This document shows, in pieces, positions 20,145 through 30,234 of a stretch of 64,000 bases of DNA (its first letter is position 1; each line of letters starts with the position of its first letter). The notes beneath the pieces are model-generated. The model worked only from the letters and a program-made list of their open reading frames with translations. It had not been told where the DNA came from and did not search any database. The translations under genes were made by a program, and so were the position numbers. The DNA is from Dehalococcoidia bacterium (GTDB lineage: Bacteria > Chloroflexota > Dehalococcoidia > Bin125), in NCBI GenBank assembly GCA_963662615.2, contig CAXXSR010000001.1, forward strand, positions 1,344,001 through 1,408,000, written 5' to 3'.

Positions 20145-20855
20145 GTGGTGGTTGGTGAGCAAGGCGCCGCCGTTCCCGTGCTCCCCCTGGAGCCGGTCCC
20201 CGGCGTTGAGTCCGACCTGCGCAGCCAGCTCCTCCTCGGCAAGGTCGATCACCTCCTCACCTGGGCCCGACGCTCCTCCCTCTGGCCGGCGATGTTCGGC
20301 CTCGCCTGCTGCGCCATCGAGATGATCGCCACGGTCAACGCGCGCTACGACATGGCGCGCTTCGGCGCCGAGATCTTCCGGGCCTCGCCCCGCCAAGCGG
20401 ACTTGATGATCGTGGCGGGCACCGTCACCTGGAAGATGGCCCCCTCCGTGCGCCGCATCTACCTGCAGATGCCGGAGCCCAAATGGGTCATCTCCATGGG
20501 CTCGTGCAGCAACATCGGCGGCCCCTTCGCGCACGGCTACAGCACCTTGCCGGGGGTGAACAACGTCATCCCCGTCGATGTCTACGTGCCCGGCTGCCCG
20601 CCCCGTCCGGAGTCGTTGCTGGCCGGGCTCATGCTTTTGCAAGACGTCATCAAGGAGGAAGGGCTCAAAGGCGAACGCCGCCGGCCCGAGCCCACCGGCG
20701 ACTTCTCCCAGATGCTGCCCGAGGGCGACCCCATCCGCCGCGATCTCGAATCGCTCTTCCCGCCCTATCTCAGTAAGGACGGCGAGCCGCGCGATCCGCT
20801 GACCGGCGCCCTCCCCCAGGACCGCAACTTCCTCTCCACACGCGAGGGCCGCTGA
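20145..20855 (+). CDS. nuoB: NADH-quinone oxidoreductase subunit B
   Basis: [36 protein letters not shown]. Confidence 0.95.
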   Translation: MVVGEQGAAVPVLPLEPVPGVESDLRSQLLLGKVDHLLTWARRSSLWPAMFGLACCAIEMIATVNARYDMARFGAEIFRASPRQADLMIVAGTVTWKMAPSVRRIYLQMPEPKWVISMGSCSNIGGPFAHGYSTLPGVNNVIPVDVYVPGCPPRPESLLAGLMLLQDVIKEEGLKGERRRPEPTGDFSQMLPEGDPIRRDLESLFPPYLSKDGEPRDPLTGALPQDRNFLSTREGR

Positions 20856-21340
20856 TGACCTACGGCGTCGGCATTGGCAAAGGGCTCCTCACCACCCTCA
20901 AGCACTTGGGCCGCACGCCCGTCACGGTGCAGTTCCCCGACGAAGGACGCACCATCCCCAAGCGCGCCCGCACCAACCTGGTCTGGTTTGTGGAACGCTG
21001 CACCGGCTGCAGCACCTGCGCGCAGGCCTGCCCCGACGGCTGCATCTTGGTTGAGACCGAGCCCCGACACGACGGCTCCTACCTCGTCAACCGCTACGAG
21101 ATCGACTTCCGCCTCTGCATGTACTGCGCCCTCTGCGTGGAGGCCTGCCCCTATGAGGCGATCCAGGTCGGCGGCCCCTACACCGACGTCGTCACCAACC
21201 CGGACGATCTCTATAAGGACAAGGACGCCCTCATCGGGCTGGCCAACGACTACCTGGAGAAGAACGACTGGGTTTATCCCAACGGCCAGCCGGCTGTACG
21301 GCAAGAGGTCCACGCCGCCGAGCAGCGTCAGCACCACTAG
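20855..21340 (+). CDS. nuoI: NADH-quinone oxidoreductase subunit I
   Basis: Two CxxCxxCxxxCP motifs and VTVQFP. Confidence 0.9.
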   Translation: MTYGVGIGKGLLTTLKHLGRTPVTVQFPDEGRTIPKRARTNLVWFVERCTGCSTCAQACPDGCILVETEPRHDGSYLVNRYEIDFRLCMYCALCVEACPYEAIQVGGPYTDVVTNPDDLYKDKDALIGLANDYLEKNDWVYPNGQPAVRQEVHAAEQRQHH

Positions 21341-21367
21341 TCGGCTCGGTGCGGCACGGAGCAGCGC

Positions 21368-23947
21368 ATGGCCACGATCACCATCAACGACCGCCAGTTC
21401 GAGATCGACGCCGGACGGCCCCTGGTCGAAGTCGTCAAGGAGTCCGGCTTCTACATCTCCAACCTCTGCTACATCGACGGCCTCCCCCCCTACGCCGGCT
21501 GCCGCACCTGCGCCGTCGAGGTCGAGGGCGTGCGTGGCCTTCCCCTCGCCTGCACCACCACGGTGCAGGACGGCATGGTCGTCCGCACCGACACTGCCGC
21601 CGTCCTCCAGATGCGCCAGGAGGTGATGGCCTTCATCCTGGCCAACCACAGCGACCGCTGCCTCACCTGCCACCGTGTGGAGCACTGCCGCACCGGCGAG
21701 ATCTGTCTCCGCGACAACGAGGTCACGCACCGCTGCGTCACCTGCTCCAAGAACTACCGCTGTGAGCTCCAGACCGCCTCCGACCTCGCCGACGTCGGCC
21801 GCGCCAACGTGGAGCCCTACCTGGACGAAGACCGCACCTACTACCAGTGGCAGCAGCCCCAGCCCGACCGCGCCAACCCCTTCTTGGAGTTCGACCCCCA
21901 GATGTGCATCCTCTGCACTCGCTGTGAGCGCGCCTGCGACGACCTTCGCCACACCACCGCCATCACCCTCGCCGGCCGCGGCTTCTCGACCCGCATCGCC
22001 TTCGGTTCCGGCGGCGCCATTGACGACTCCAACTGTGACTTCTGCGGCGCCTGCATCGACGTCTGTCCCACCGCCACTCTGATGGAGACACCCAACAAGT
22101 GGGTCGCCCGGCCCGACCGCTGGGTCCAGACCGTCTGCACCGAGTGCTCGCTCGGTTGCTCCATCCAGTTGGGCGTCAAGAACGGCCGCGGCGTCATCGT
22201 CCGCCCCGGGACCGGCAACGACGTCAGCCGCGACCAGATCTGTGTCCGCGGCCGTTACGGCTACGACCAGATCCGGGACAAGCACCGCCTGAAGCTCGGT
22301 CGCCTCGGCCGCGGCGAAGACGCCCTCGACGCCGAGCCCGCCGCCGTGCTCCAGGACGCCGTGCCAAAGCTGAGCGCCGTCATCCAGCAGCACGGTCCCC
22401 AGGCCGTCGGGCTGCTCGGCTCGGGCCAGGCCACCAACGAGGACAATTACCTCGTCCGTCGCCTGGCGGAAGTCATCGGCACCCCCAACCTCGACGCCAG
22501 CGTGGGCTGGGTCTGGGGCGCGGTCACGGAGACGTTGGTGGCCGCCTTCGGCGACGAACACCTCCCCAGCCGGCTCACCGACGTCGAAACGGCCGACACC
22601 CTCGTCGTCATCGCCGACGACCTCAGCGCCAGCAACAACGTCCTCGGCGTCCGCGTCAAGGACGCCGTCGTCAAGCGCGGCGCTCGCCTCGTCAGCGTCA
22701 GCGCCCGCCGCAACCCCATCGACGATTTCGCCACCGTCGAAATGCGTCCGCACGGCGGCGATACCGCGGCCACCGTCCAAGCCATCGTCACCGAACTGCT
22801 CAAAGATCAGGGGCTGCGCGATCGACTCGCGGACGTCGATGGCCTGGACGCCATGCCTCCGCTGGATGCACCGGGTGCGGCGGACGCCGCCGCAACATTG
22901 ATCGCCGGCAAGGACGGACGCCTTGCCATCGTTGTGGCCCCGTCGCGGCACAGCGCCCCGGCCGCGGCTGCCCAGACCCGCGCCGCCGGCAATCTGGCCA
23001 TCGCGCTCTGCGGACCGGACGCCGCCCCCTCCTGCCTGCACGTGCTATCCCCGGAGAACAACGCGGTGGGCCTGAGCGACATGGGCGTCTTCCCCGGCGA
23101 GGGCGGCCTTGGCGTCATGGACATGCTCGCCGCCGCCCGCGACGGCCGCCTCAAGGCGATGATCATCGCCAAGGACAACCCCGTCCTCAACCTTCCCAAC
23201 CGCCGCGACGTCAACGCCGCGCTGCAGGCCCTCGACCTCCTCCTCGTCATCGATCACGTCCCCACCGACACCGTGCAAGCGGCGACCCACGTCCTGCCGG
23301 ATGTGGCGCTGCAAGCCAAGGACGGCACTATCACCAACGCCGACCGCCAGATGCTGCGCCTTCGCCCTGCCTTCCGTCCCCAAGGCTCCGCGCGCCCCGC
23401 CTGGCAGCACCTCCAGGAATTGGCGCAGGCGCTTGCCGCAGCTCTCGGCGCTGACGCGCCCCCGGCCTACGACAGCGCCGCGGCCGTCATGGAAGAGATC
23501 GGCGCCGCCAACCCCAACTACGCGGAGGCCCGCTACGCCCGACTCCTACGCGGCGCCCGGCAGCCGAGCAACGGCTCGTCTCCGGCGGGGCGATCCTTCC
23601 AGCCCGTGCAGCCGCTGCCCACCGCCGGCGACGGGCTCACGCTTCTCACTGGCCGCGACCTCTACACCGACCGCGAATCGGCCGCCATCCACCTGCCCGA
23701 CGCCGATCGCCTCCATCGCGGCGAGTTCCTCGAGATCCACCCCCGCGACGCTGCCGCCCGCAACATCGCCGACGGCGCCACCGTCAGCGCCCGCGCCAAC
23801 GGCGCGGCCGTCTCTATTACCGCCAAAGTCTCGGAAGATATCTCGGAGGGCGCCGTCTTCGTGCCCATCCTCTGGAACGGCGGCGCCGTTCAGGAGCTGC
23901 TCGGATCGGACTCCGCCGTCCCCACCGTGGACGTGCGAGTGGAGTAG
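21368..23947 (+). CDS. NuoG / formate dehydrogenase alpha-like molybdopterin-fold Fe-S protein
   Basis: 2Fe-2S domain, HxxxCxxC, two 4Fe-4S motifs, CTECSLGC...CVRG, C-terminal dinucleotide-binding domain. Confidence 0.88.
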   Translation: MATITINDRQFEIDAGRPLVEVVKESGFYISNLCYIDGLPPYAGCRTCAVEVEGVRGLPLACTTTVQDGMVVRTDTAAVLQMRQEVMAFILANHSDRCLTCHRVEHCRTGEICLRDNEVTHRCVTCSKNYRCELQTASDLADVGRANVEPYLDEDRTYYQWQQPQPDRANPFLEFDPQMCILCTRCERACDDLRHTTAITLAGRGFSTRIAFGSGGAIDDSNCDFCGACIDVCPTATLMETPNKWVARPDRWVQTVCTECSLGCSIQLGVKNGRGVIVRPGTGNDVSRDQICVRGRYGYDQIRDKHRLKLGRLGRGEDALDAEPAAVLQDAVPKLSAVIQQHGPQAVGLLGSGQATNEDNYLVRRLAEVIGTPNLDASVGWVWGAVTETLVAAFGDEHLPSRLTDVETADTLVVIADDLSASNNVLGVRVKDAVVKRGARLVSVSARRNPIDDFATVEMRPHGGDTAATVQAIVTELLKDQGLRDRLADVDGLDAMPPLDAPGAADAAATLIAGKDGRLAIVVAPSRHSAPAAAAQTRAAGNLAIALCGPDAAPSCLHVLSPENNAVGLSDMGVFPGEGGLGVMDMLAAARDGRLKAMIIAKDNPVLNLPNRRDVNAALQALDLLLVIDHVPTDTVQAATHVLPDVALQAKDGTITNADRQMLRLRPAFRPQGSARPAWQHLQELAQALAAALGADAPPAYDSAAAVMEEIGAANPNYAEARYARLLRGARQPSNGSSPAGRSFQPVQPLPTAGDGLTLLTGRDLYTDRESAAIHLPDADRLHRGEFLEIHPRDAAARNIADGATVSARANGAAVSITAKVSEDISEGAVFVPILWNGGAVQELLGSDSAVPTVDVRVE

Positions 23948-23957
23948 CCGCCGCTGC

Positions 23958-25067
23958 TCACAAATCCACGGGGATCGCCGAGCCAATGCCGAACGTGATC
24001 CCCGTCGCCGCCAGCCCAATGAGCACCATCCGCCCCCCGGCGTAGAGCGGGTGCCGCCCCGTCAACAGCGACGTCAGCATGCCCGCCAGCCCCAGCATCA
24101 CCGCGCCTGCAATGATGGCGGCCGCCAGCGCCCAGTAGCCCCCGCCCACGATGAACGGCACCACCGGCACGATCGCCCCCAGCGTGAAGGCGAAAAATGA
24201 GCCAATGGCCGCGGCCCACGGCGAGCCCAGGTCATCCGGGTCCAGCCCCAGCTCCTCGCGCGCGTGCGTGTCCAGGGCCAGCTCGGGGTCCTTCATGATC
24301 TCGTCCACCAGCTCGCGCGCCAGCGGCTCGGAGACCCCCTTGCGCCGGTAGATCGTCAGCAGCTCGTCCCGCTCCTCGTCCGGGACCAGCTCCAGCTCCA
24401 GCCGCTCCTTGGCAAGCTGGTTCTCGAACAGCTCCGTCTGGCTGCGCACCGAGACGTACTCGCCCGCCGCCATGGAGAAGGCCCCCGCCAGCCAGCCGGC
24501 CAGCCCGGCAATCAGCACCGCGTCGCTGTGGATGGCGGCGCCCGCCACCCCCGCCACCAAGCTCAGATTGGAAACCAGCCCGTCGTTGAGGCCAAACAGC
24601 GCCGCCCGGAACGTGCTCGCCGCCCCGGCGGAGGCGAAACCGTGCTCCCCCTCCCGCCGCCCCCCGGTAACGTCCAGTTGCGCCAGCGCCTCCCGATGCG
24701 CTCGCTCTTCAGCCGCCAGATCGCCGGCCTCCGGCTCCGCCTCGTAGCGACGGATCTCGGCCAGCTCCGACGCCCGCAGGCGCGGCAGCACCGCGGAGAC
24801 GCCCGCAACCCGGGCCAGCAGCGCCAGCAACCGCACCCGCAGCGACGGGCGCACCGCGCGCTCCACAAGGGAGGGATCGCCCAGCCGCTCGGCCCAGTGC
24901 CCGGCGTGGCGGCGCTCCCCTTCGGCCAGCTCCTTCAGCGCCGCACTGGTATGTGCGTCGCCGCAGATCTCCGCCAGGCGATCGTAGAGCCAGGCCCCTT
25001 CAAGCTCCTCGGCCAGCATCCAGCGCAGGCGCTCGTCACGCGCGCGATCCGTCAGGGGTGCGCTCAC
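23958..25067 (-). CDS. VIT1/CCC1 iron transporter with N-terminal ferritin/rubrerythrin-like domain
   Basis: ExxH pairs; FGLNDGLVSN, AFSMAAGEYVSV. Confidence 0.92.
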   Translation of the reverse strand: MSAPLTDRARDERLRWMLAEELEGAWLYDRLAEICGDAHTSAALKELAEGERRHAGHWAERLGDPSLVERAVRPSLRVRLLALLARVAGVSAVLPRLRASELAEIRRYEAEPEAGDLAAEERAHREALAQLDVTGGRREGEHGFASAGAASTFRAALFGLNDGLVSNLSLVAGVAGAAIHSDAVLIAGLAGWLAGAFSMAAGEYVSVRSQTELFENQLAKERLELELVPDEERDELLTIYRRKGVSEPLARELVDEIMKDPELALDTHAREELGLDPDDLGSPWAAAIGSFFAFTLGAIVPVVPFIVGGGYWALAAAIIAGAVMLGLAGMLTSLLTGRHPLYAGGRMVLIGLAATGITFGIGSAIPVDL

Positions 25068-25256
25068 GTTCGTAGGATACCGGAGGCGCGCGCAACGGCA
25101 TCCTCACACGAGCGCTTCGGCTCCCGACCGGATACCCGCTGCCGCGGCCTCCCCACCTGGCACGGAGCACAGCACCCCGACGCGCTCGCCAAAAGAACCC
25201 GCCGCCGCATCAACGCCGAAGGAAAGTCGCCGGACCCGCTGGGGCGGCCCCGGCTC

Positions 25257-25550
25257 CTAGCTGGCCCGCCGCGCCGCCACTGCGTCGTCGAAGCGAGGCG
25301 CCGACTTCTCGCCCTGCACCGACATCTCCTCGTCGGGGGACCGCATTGCCGCCATCCCGCCGCGCCGCATCGCTTCCACGGCCACCTGAGTGCGGTTGGC
25401 GCAGTTCCACTTGATCATGATGTTGTTCAGATGCCGCTTCGCGGTCGCCAGGGAGACGCCCAGGATCTCGGCGATCTCACTGTTCGTCCGCCCCTGCCCT
25501 ACCAACGCCGCCACCGCCGTTTCTCGCGCTGTCAGCTCTCGACGATTCAT
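25257..25550 (-). CDS. stand-alone LuxR-type HTH regulator
   Basis: LTARE...GRTNSEIAEILGVSLATAKRHLNNIMIK...NRTQ. Confidence 0.88.
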   Translation of the reverse strand: MNRRELTARETAVAALVGQGRTNSEIAEILGVSLATAKRHLNNIMIKWNCANRTQVAVEAMRRGGMAAMRSPDEEMSVQGEKSAPRFDDAVAARRAS

Positions 25551-25740
25551 GCCACGCTTCTCCCCTTCACATCCGCGAACCTTGCGCCACACTCAATCTG
25601 GTTCCACTGAGACGATCCGTTCGGCGTACGACGAAACGCCACGACAACAAACCTAGTCGCCCGTTCGACCGCTCCACATCGCCTACACAGCCTGACCTTC
25701 CGGACCAACTCTTCGTCCCAAATAGCGCTCAGTCTGCGAT

Positions 25741-25776
25741 TGTCAATTAAGATTCAATCAAGATTTCGCAAAGATT
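25741..25776 (-). promoter_or_regulatory. TTGACA -35 with three upstream direct repeats at 11-bp period
   Basis: AAGATT at 25749, 25760 and 25771; TGTCAA at 25741. Confidence 0.6.
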
Positions 25777-26045
25777 TGGCCCAGGCCCGATTCTTGGGAT
25801 CACGAAGGCACACCACCCCAACGGTGATCGAACGGACTGCAACCATGCGCGGCTGCGCCGCCATGACGAGCGCACGCGTACGCACTCCCGCAGCGCGGTC
25901 GCTACTGCCACGGCGCCGCTGCCACAGCGTCGCAGCCACGACGCCTCCCCAGACGACGCCTGTCGCGTCGATTCGCGGACTGTGCGAAAGTGCAGACAGC
26001 GCCCTGGCGCGGGAATACCGGCCGGAAAGCTTGAGACGTCAACGT

Positions 26046-26924
26046 ATGGGCACCCTGATAAAGCTCGGTCTGCCCAAGGGCTCGCTGCAGGATTCCACCA
26101 TCGATCTCCTGCAACGGGCCGGCTATCACATCGACCTGTCGGACCGCTCCTATTTCCCCTCCATCGACGACCCCGACATCAGCTGCGTCATGTTCCGCGC
26201 CCAGGAGATGGCGCGCTACACCGACGACGGCGTCCTCGACTGCGGCATCACCGGCCACGACTGGGTGTTGGAAACCGGCGCGGACGTCCACGAGGTGAGC
26301 GAACTCCTCTACAGCAAGGCCACCGACCGGCCCGCCCGCTGGGTGCTGGCCGTTCCCAACGACAGCGCGGTGCGAGAGACGTCCGATCTGGCCGGCGGAA
26401 TCGTGGCCACGGAGCTGGTCCGGGTCACGCGTGACTTCTTTGCGGCGCGAAACGTTGACCTCAAGGTCGAGTTCAGTTGGGGCGCCACCGAGGTCAAAGC
26501 CGGCATCGTCGACGGCATCGTGGACGTCACCGAGACCGGCTCCAGTCTGCGCGCCCACAACCTCCGCATCGTCGACGAGGTGCTGGTCAGCACCACCCGC
26601 TTCATCGCCAATCGCCAAGCCTGGGCCAATCCCGACAAGCGCCAGAAGATCGAGGCCTTGAACACCCTCCTCCAGGGCGCCCTTGCCGCCCGCGCCATGG
26701 TCGGCCTGAAGCTCAACGTGCCCCGCGCCAAGCTGGAGCAGGTGCTGGCCGTCATTGGCTCCTTCGGCGAGCACGCCCCCACCCTCTCCCCCCTCGTCGA
26801 TGACAGCTGGGTCGCCCTCGAAATCATTCTCGACGAGCGCAGCGAGCGCGAGATCATCCCCGCCGTGCGCCGGGCGGGCGCCAGCGGCCTGGTCTCCTAC
26901 CCGTTGAATAAGGTCATCTCCTAG
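26046..26924 (+). CDS. hisG: ATP phosphoribosyltransferase, long form
   Basis: LGLPKGSL, GITGHDW, SWGATEVK, DVTETGSSL, C-terminal regulatory domain. Confidence 0.96.
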   Translation: MGTLIKLGLPKGSLQDSTIDLLQRAGYHIDLSDRSYFPSIDDPDISCVMFRAQEMARYTDDGVLDCGITGHDWVLETGADVHEVSELLYSKATDRPARWVLAVPNDSAVRETSDLAGGIVATELVRVTRDFFAARNVDLKVEFSWGATEVKAGIVDGIVDVTETGSSLRAHNLRIVDEVLVSTTRFIANRQAWANPDKRQKIEALNTLLQGALAARAMVGLKLNVPRAKLEQVLAVIGSFGEHAPTLSPLVDDSWVALEIILDERSEREIIPAVRRAGASGLVSYPLNKVIS

Positions 26925-26960
26925 CGCACGGGACCGCCGCGCTCCGCCGCCCTGGGCGCC

Positions 26961-27161
26961 ATGCCCTATCGCATCAGCCTCAACCGCCACAAGTGCATCC
27001 GGGCCGGCCGCTGCGAGGTGATCGCCGAGGCCATCTTCCGGCTTCCTCCCAACGCCAAAGCGGAGCTGCTCGCCGCCACGGTGGAGGAAGCGGAGCCGGC
27101 CCGCTCCGCCGAGCGCGAATGCCCCTCCGGCGCTATTCGTGTCCACGAAGAATCCGCCTAG
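26961..27161 (+). CDS. small ferredoxin (3Fe-4S type)
   Basis: CIRAGRC...CPSGAI. Confidence 0.78.
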   Translation: MPYRISLNRHKCIRAGRCEVIAEAIFRLPPNAKAELLAATVEEAEPARSAERECPSGAIRVHEESA

Positions 27162-27327
27162 CCCCCACCAACCCCGGCACGCCGCCAACACCGGGTCGCG
27201 GATTGTCCCCGTTCTCGCCCCGCCCTACCATTGCTCCGCCGCCGTCCCTGCCCGCCCGCTTCGCCCCGCGGTGCTAGGCGCTCCCTCAAGGAGCGCTCCC
27301 TCACAGAAAGAGAAAAGAGGCTCTCGC

Positions 27328-28776
27328 ATGGGCTTGATGAGCGCGGAGCAGTATGTCGAATCGCTCCGCGACGGCCGCGAGGTCTGGTTCCGCGGTGAGC
27401 GCGTCCCGGACGTGACCACGCACCCCGTCATCGGCAAGGCCGTCGCCCACGCCAGCATCGACTACGCCATGGCGGAAGATCCCCAATACCGCGATCTCGC
27501 CGTCGTGCGTGAGGACGGCCGCGAATACAGCCGCTACTACAAGATTCCGCGCAACCGCGACGATCTCCTCCAACGCGCACGGCTGATCGAGGCGGCCACC
27601 GCCGCCGCCGACACCCTGGTCCTCCTGATCAAGGAGATTGGCTCGGACGCCCTCTTCGCGCTCCTCACGGTCACCGCCGAGATGGAGCACCGCGACTACC
27701 ATGACCGCGTCCGCGTCTTCTACGAACACTGCCGCGATGGCGACCTCGCCGTGGCGGTCGCCCAAACCGACGTCAAAGGCGACCGCGTCAAGCGGCCCGC
27801 CCAGCAGGCCGACCCGGACCTCTACCTCCGCGTCGTCGCCCGCCGCCCGGACGGCGTCGTCGTGCGCGGCATGAAGATCCACACCTCCGTGTCCCCCAAC
27901 GCGCACGAGATCATCGTCCTGCCCACCCGCGCCATGGCCGACGACGAAGGCGACTGGAGCATCGCCTTCGCCCTCCCCGTCAACACCCCCGGCCTGCGCC
28001 TGCTCGCCAGCCCCTTCGGCGACGGCCCCATGCCCCCCGGCGAGCGGCCCATCGCCTCCAAGCACAAGATGATGGAAACGCTCACCGTCTTTGATGACGT
28101 CTTCGTCCCCAACGAACGCATCTTCCTCAACGGCGAAACGCGCGACGCCGGCAAGCTGGCGCTCACCTTCGTGGAGTATCACCGCTTCACCGCGGTCTCC
28201 TACAAGCTTCCCCTGGTCGACGCCTTGGGCGGCGCCGCCGCCGTCATCGCCGACTTCAACGGCATCCTCGGCGCCGGCCACGTCCGCGAGAAGTTCGTCC
28301 AGCTCATCACCTACGCCGAAACTCTCCGCGCCCTCATCGAGAAGGCCGCGGAGCGCTGCGTCCCCAAGGCCAACGACCAAGTCGCGCCCGACCCCATGAC
28401 CGTGAACATCGCCAAGAGCCACTTCGCCCACGGCTATCACCAGGCCGTCCAGCACGTACAGGATCTGGCCGGCGGCATCCTCGTCACCGGTCCCGGTGAT
28501 GAAGACTGGCAGAATGAAGAGTGGCGCCCGCTCCTCTGCAAGTACCTCGTCGGGCGAGCCGGCGTCGGCGCGGAAGAGCGCATTCGCATGATCAACTTCA
28601 TCCGCGACCTCACCGCCTCCGACTACGGCGCCTACCAAGAAGTGCTCGCCATTCACGCCGAAGGGTCGCTGGAAGCGGAGAAGATGCAGATCGTCCGCGC
28701 CTTCAATGAGAACGGCTCCGCCCAGCGGGTGATCCAACTGGCCTCCCGCATGGCCGGTCTCCGAGCCGGGAGCTGA
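27328..28776 (+). CDS. 4-hydroxyphenylacetate 3-hydroxylase / 4-hydroxybutyryl-CoA dehydratase family flavoprotein
   Basis: YVESLRDGREVWFRGE, AQTDVKGDR, VVRGMKIH, FDDVFVP. Confidence 0.9.
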   Translation: MGLMSAEQYVESLRDGREVWFRGERVPDVTTHPVIGKAVAHASIDYAMAEDPQYRDLAVVREDGREYSRYYKIPRNRDDLLQRARLIEAATAAADTLVLLIKEIGSDALFALLTVTAEMEHRDYHDRVRVFYEHCRDGDLAVAVAQTDVKGDRVKRPAQQADPDLYLRVVARRPDGVVVRGMKIHTSVSPNAHEIIVLPTRAMADDEGDWSIAFALPVNTPGLRLLASPFGDGPMPPGERPIASKHKMMETLTVFDDVFVPNERIFLNGETRDAGKLALTFVEYHRFTAVSYKLPLVDALGGAAAVIADFNGILGAGHVREKFVQLITYAETLRALIEKAAERCVPKANDQVAPDPMTVNIAKSHFAHGYHQAVQHVQDLAGGILVTGPGDEDWQNEEWRPLLCKYLVGRAGVGAEERIRMINFIRDLTASDYGAYQEVLAIHAEGSLEAEKMQIVRAFNENGSAQRVIQLASRMAGLRAGS

Positions 28777-28780
28777 CCCC

Positions 28781-29437
28781 ATGCCGATCCTGCCCGTCTT
28801 CCCGCTCAACTCCGTCGTCTTCCCCGGGCAGCGCCTGCCGCTGCACATCTTTGAGGAGCGCTACCGCCGGCTGGTGCGGGAGGTCATGGACCAGGACGGC
28901 GAGTTCGGCATCGCCCTCATCGTCCGAGGGCGTGAGGTTGGCGGGGACGCCGAACCCGCCGAGGTCGGCTGCGCCGTTCGCATCGCGCAGGCGGAGGAGC
29001 TCGAGGACGGCCGCTTCAACATCGCCTGTGATGGCACCCGCCGCTTCCGCATCCTGGACCTGCTGGGCGAGGATCCCTACTTGCGCGCGCAGGTCGAGTT
29101 CCTCTCTGACCCCAACGACGCCCAATCCAAGCCCGCGCAGGAGCTATCAGCTGAACTCGCTGAGCAGTTCAGCCGCCACCTCCAACTGGTCCTGGCCCTC
29201 CAGAACAGCTGGCAGCGCGGCTTTCGCTTCCCGCGCCCGCCCATTGCCCTCAGCGATCACGTCGCCGGCAACATTGAGATCGCCTCCCGCCTGAAGCAAG
29301 AGGTCCTCCAGGCCGACCGCGTCACGCGGCGACTCGAACTCCTCCTCCGCAGCCTCCGCGTGGAAGATGCGCGCCTGGCCGAACAGGTCAGGCTCCAGCG
29401 CCAGCAGAAGCTCGCCGGGTTGGGCATCCTCAACTAA
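28781..29437 (+). CDS. LON peptidase substrate-binding domain protein
   Basis: LPVFPLNSVVFPG...LHIFEERYR, VGC, GTRRFRI. Confidence 0.92.
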   Translation: MPILPVFPLNSVVFPGQRLPLHIFEERYRRLVREVMDQDGEFGIALIVRGREVGGDAEPAEVGCAVRIAQAEELEDGRFNIACDGTRRFRILDLLGEDPYLRAQVEFLSDPNDAQSKPAQELSAELAEQFSRHLQLVLALQNSWQRGFRFPRPPIALSDHVAGNIEIASRLKQEVLQADRVTRRLELLLRSLRVEDARLAEQVRLQRQQKLAGLGILN

Positions 29438-29563
29438 CCCCACACCCGGGCGAGGTCCGAGGCCCCTCCTGGCCACGGCCATCGTTCCCGCTCCCCCACC
29501 CCTCTGAGCCCGCCGCACGGCTGCTAGACTGCGGGACAGCGGCGGGATCGGGCTGGGGCCGGC

Positions 29564-30004
29564 ATGGGGCGCAAGAACCGCAAGGGCAGACGGCCCGGCG
29601 AGAATCCGCAACGCTTCTATCGCCAGAAGCGCGAGAAGGCCCGCCAGTCTCGCCGCCGCCTTGACGACTCGTACCCCGCCATCCCCGCGACGGGCCCGCC
29701 CGACCCGAATCTCCCCCCGCCGGGCCGCGCCGCCGCCGCCCCCCCTGCCACCGACCCCCCTGCCACCGACCCCCGTAGCGCCGGCGGGGCACGGCCGCTC
29801 GCCGCACCACGGCGGCCCAGCGGGGATTCACGCCGGCCCCAGGCCCGCCCTCGCGTCTGCGGTCGCTGCGCGGAGTGGGTCCCGCGGCACGGTCTCCTGG
29901 GCGGCGCGCTCACCGCTCTCGCCGACCGGGGCGAGTGCCTCCACCCCGGCAGCGGCTTCACCTTCCCCCCCGCCGACATGGACGCCTGCCCCTTCTTTCA
30001 CTAG
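29564..30004 (+). CDS. hypothetical protein with Cys-rich C-terminus
   Basis: Basic N-terminus, Pro-rich linker, CGRC...C...CPFF. Confidence 0.6.
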   Translation: MGRKNRKGRRPGENPQRFYRQKREKARQSRRRLDDSYPAIPATGPPDPNLPPPGRAAAAPPATDPPATDPRSAGGARPLAAPRRPSGDSRRPQARPRVCGRCAEWVPRHGLLGGALTALADRGECLHPGSGFTFPPADMDACPFFH

Positions 30005-30234
30005 CACCGCTATTTCACGGGCACAGCGCTGCCAAGAGCCCGGCCGGCGGGCGACGCTCGTGCCATCCTCATCCCTGCAGATGGAGCTCATGCCGGCGGA
30101 TGGAGTCAAGCGACTCGAACGGCCCTACGCGGCAACCGCACGGCGCAGGCATCGCCCTGCCAATCGCTCGCCGACGCCTGCTGCGTCGACCGCGAACGGT
30201 CATCCCAGAAGTGTAGGAAAAACGCGCGAACGCC

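Noticed and set aside
20765-23041. Long antisense ORFs (also 43867-45912, 48925-50745, 57961-59703, 59890-61905 and similar)
   Set aside because: Shadow ORFs opposite well-supported genes, expected at this GC content; no motifs
21368-23947. Selenocysteine formate dehydrogenase
   Set aside because: No in-frame TGA and no catalytic Cys/Sec-His motif
25740-26045. N-terminal extensions given by the ORF track (hisG, LysR from 2474, hydrolase from 3832, iscS from 37927, transferase from 48643)
   Set aside because: Extensions are low-complexity or overlap other genes or promoters; family motifs begin at the downstream starts
25800-26045. His leader peptide/attenuator upstream of hisG
   Set aside because: No short ORF with a His-codon run and no terminator with a U-tract
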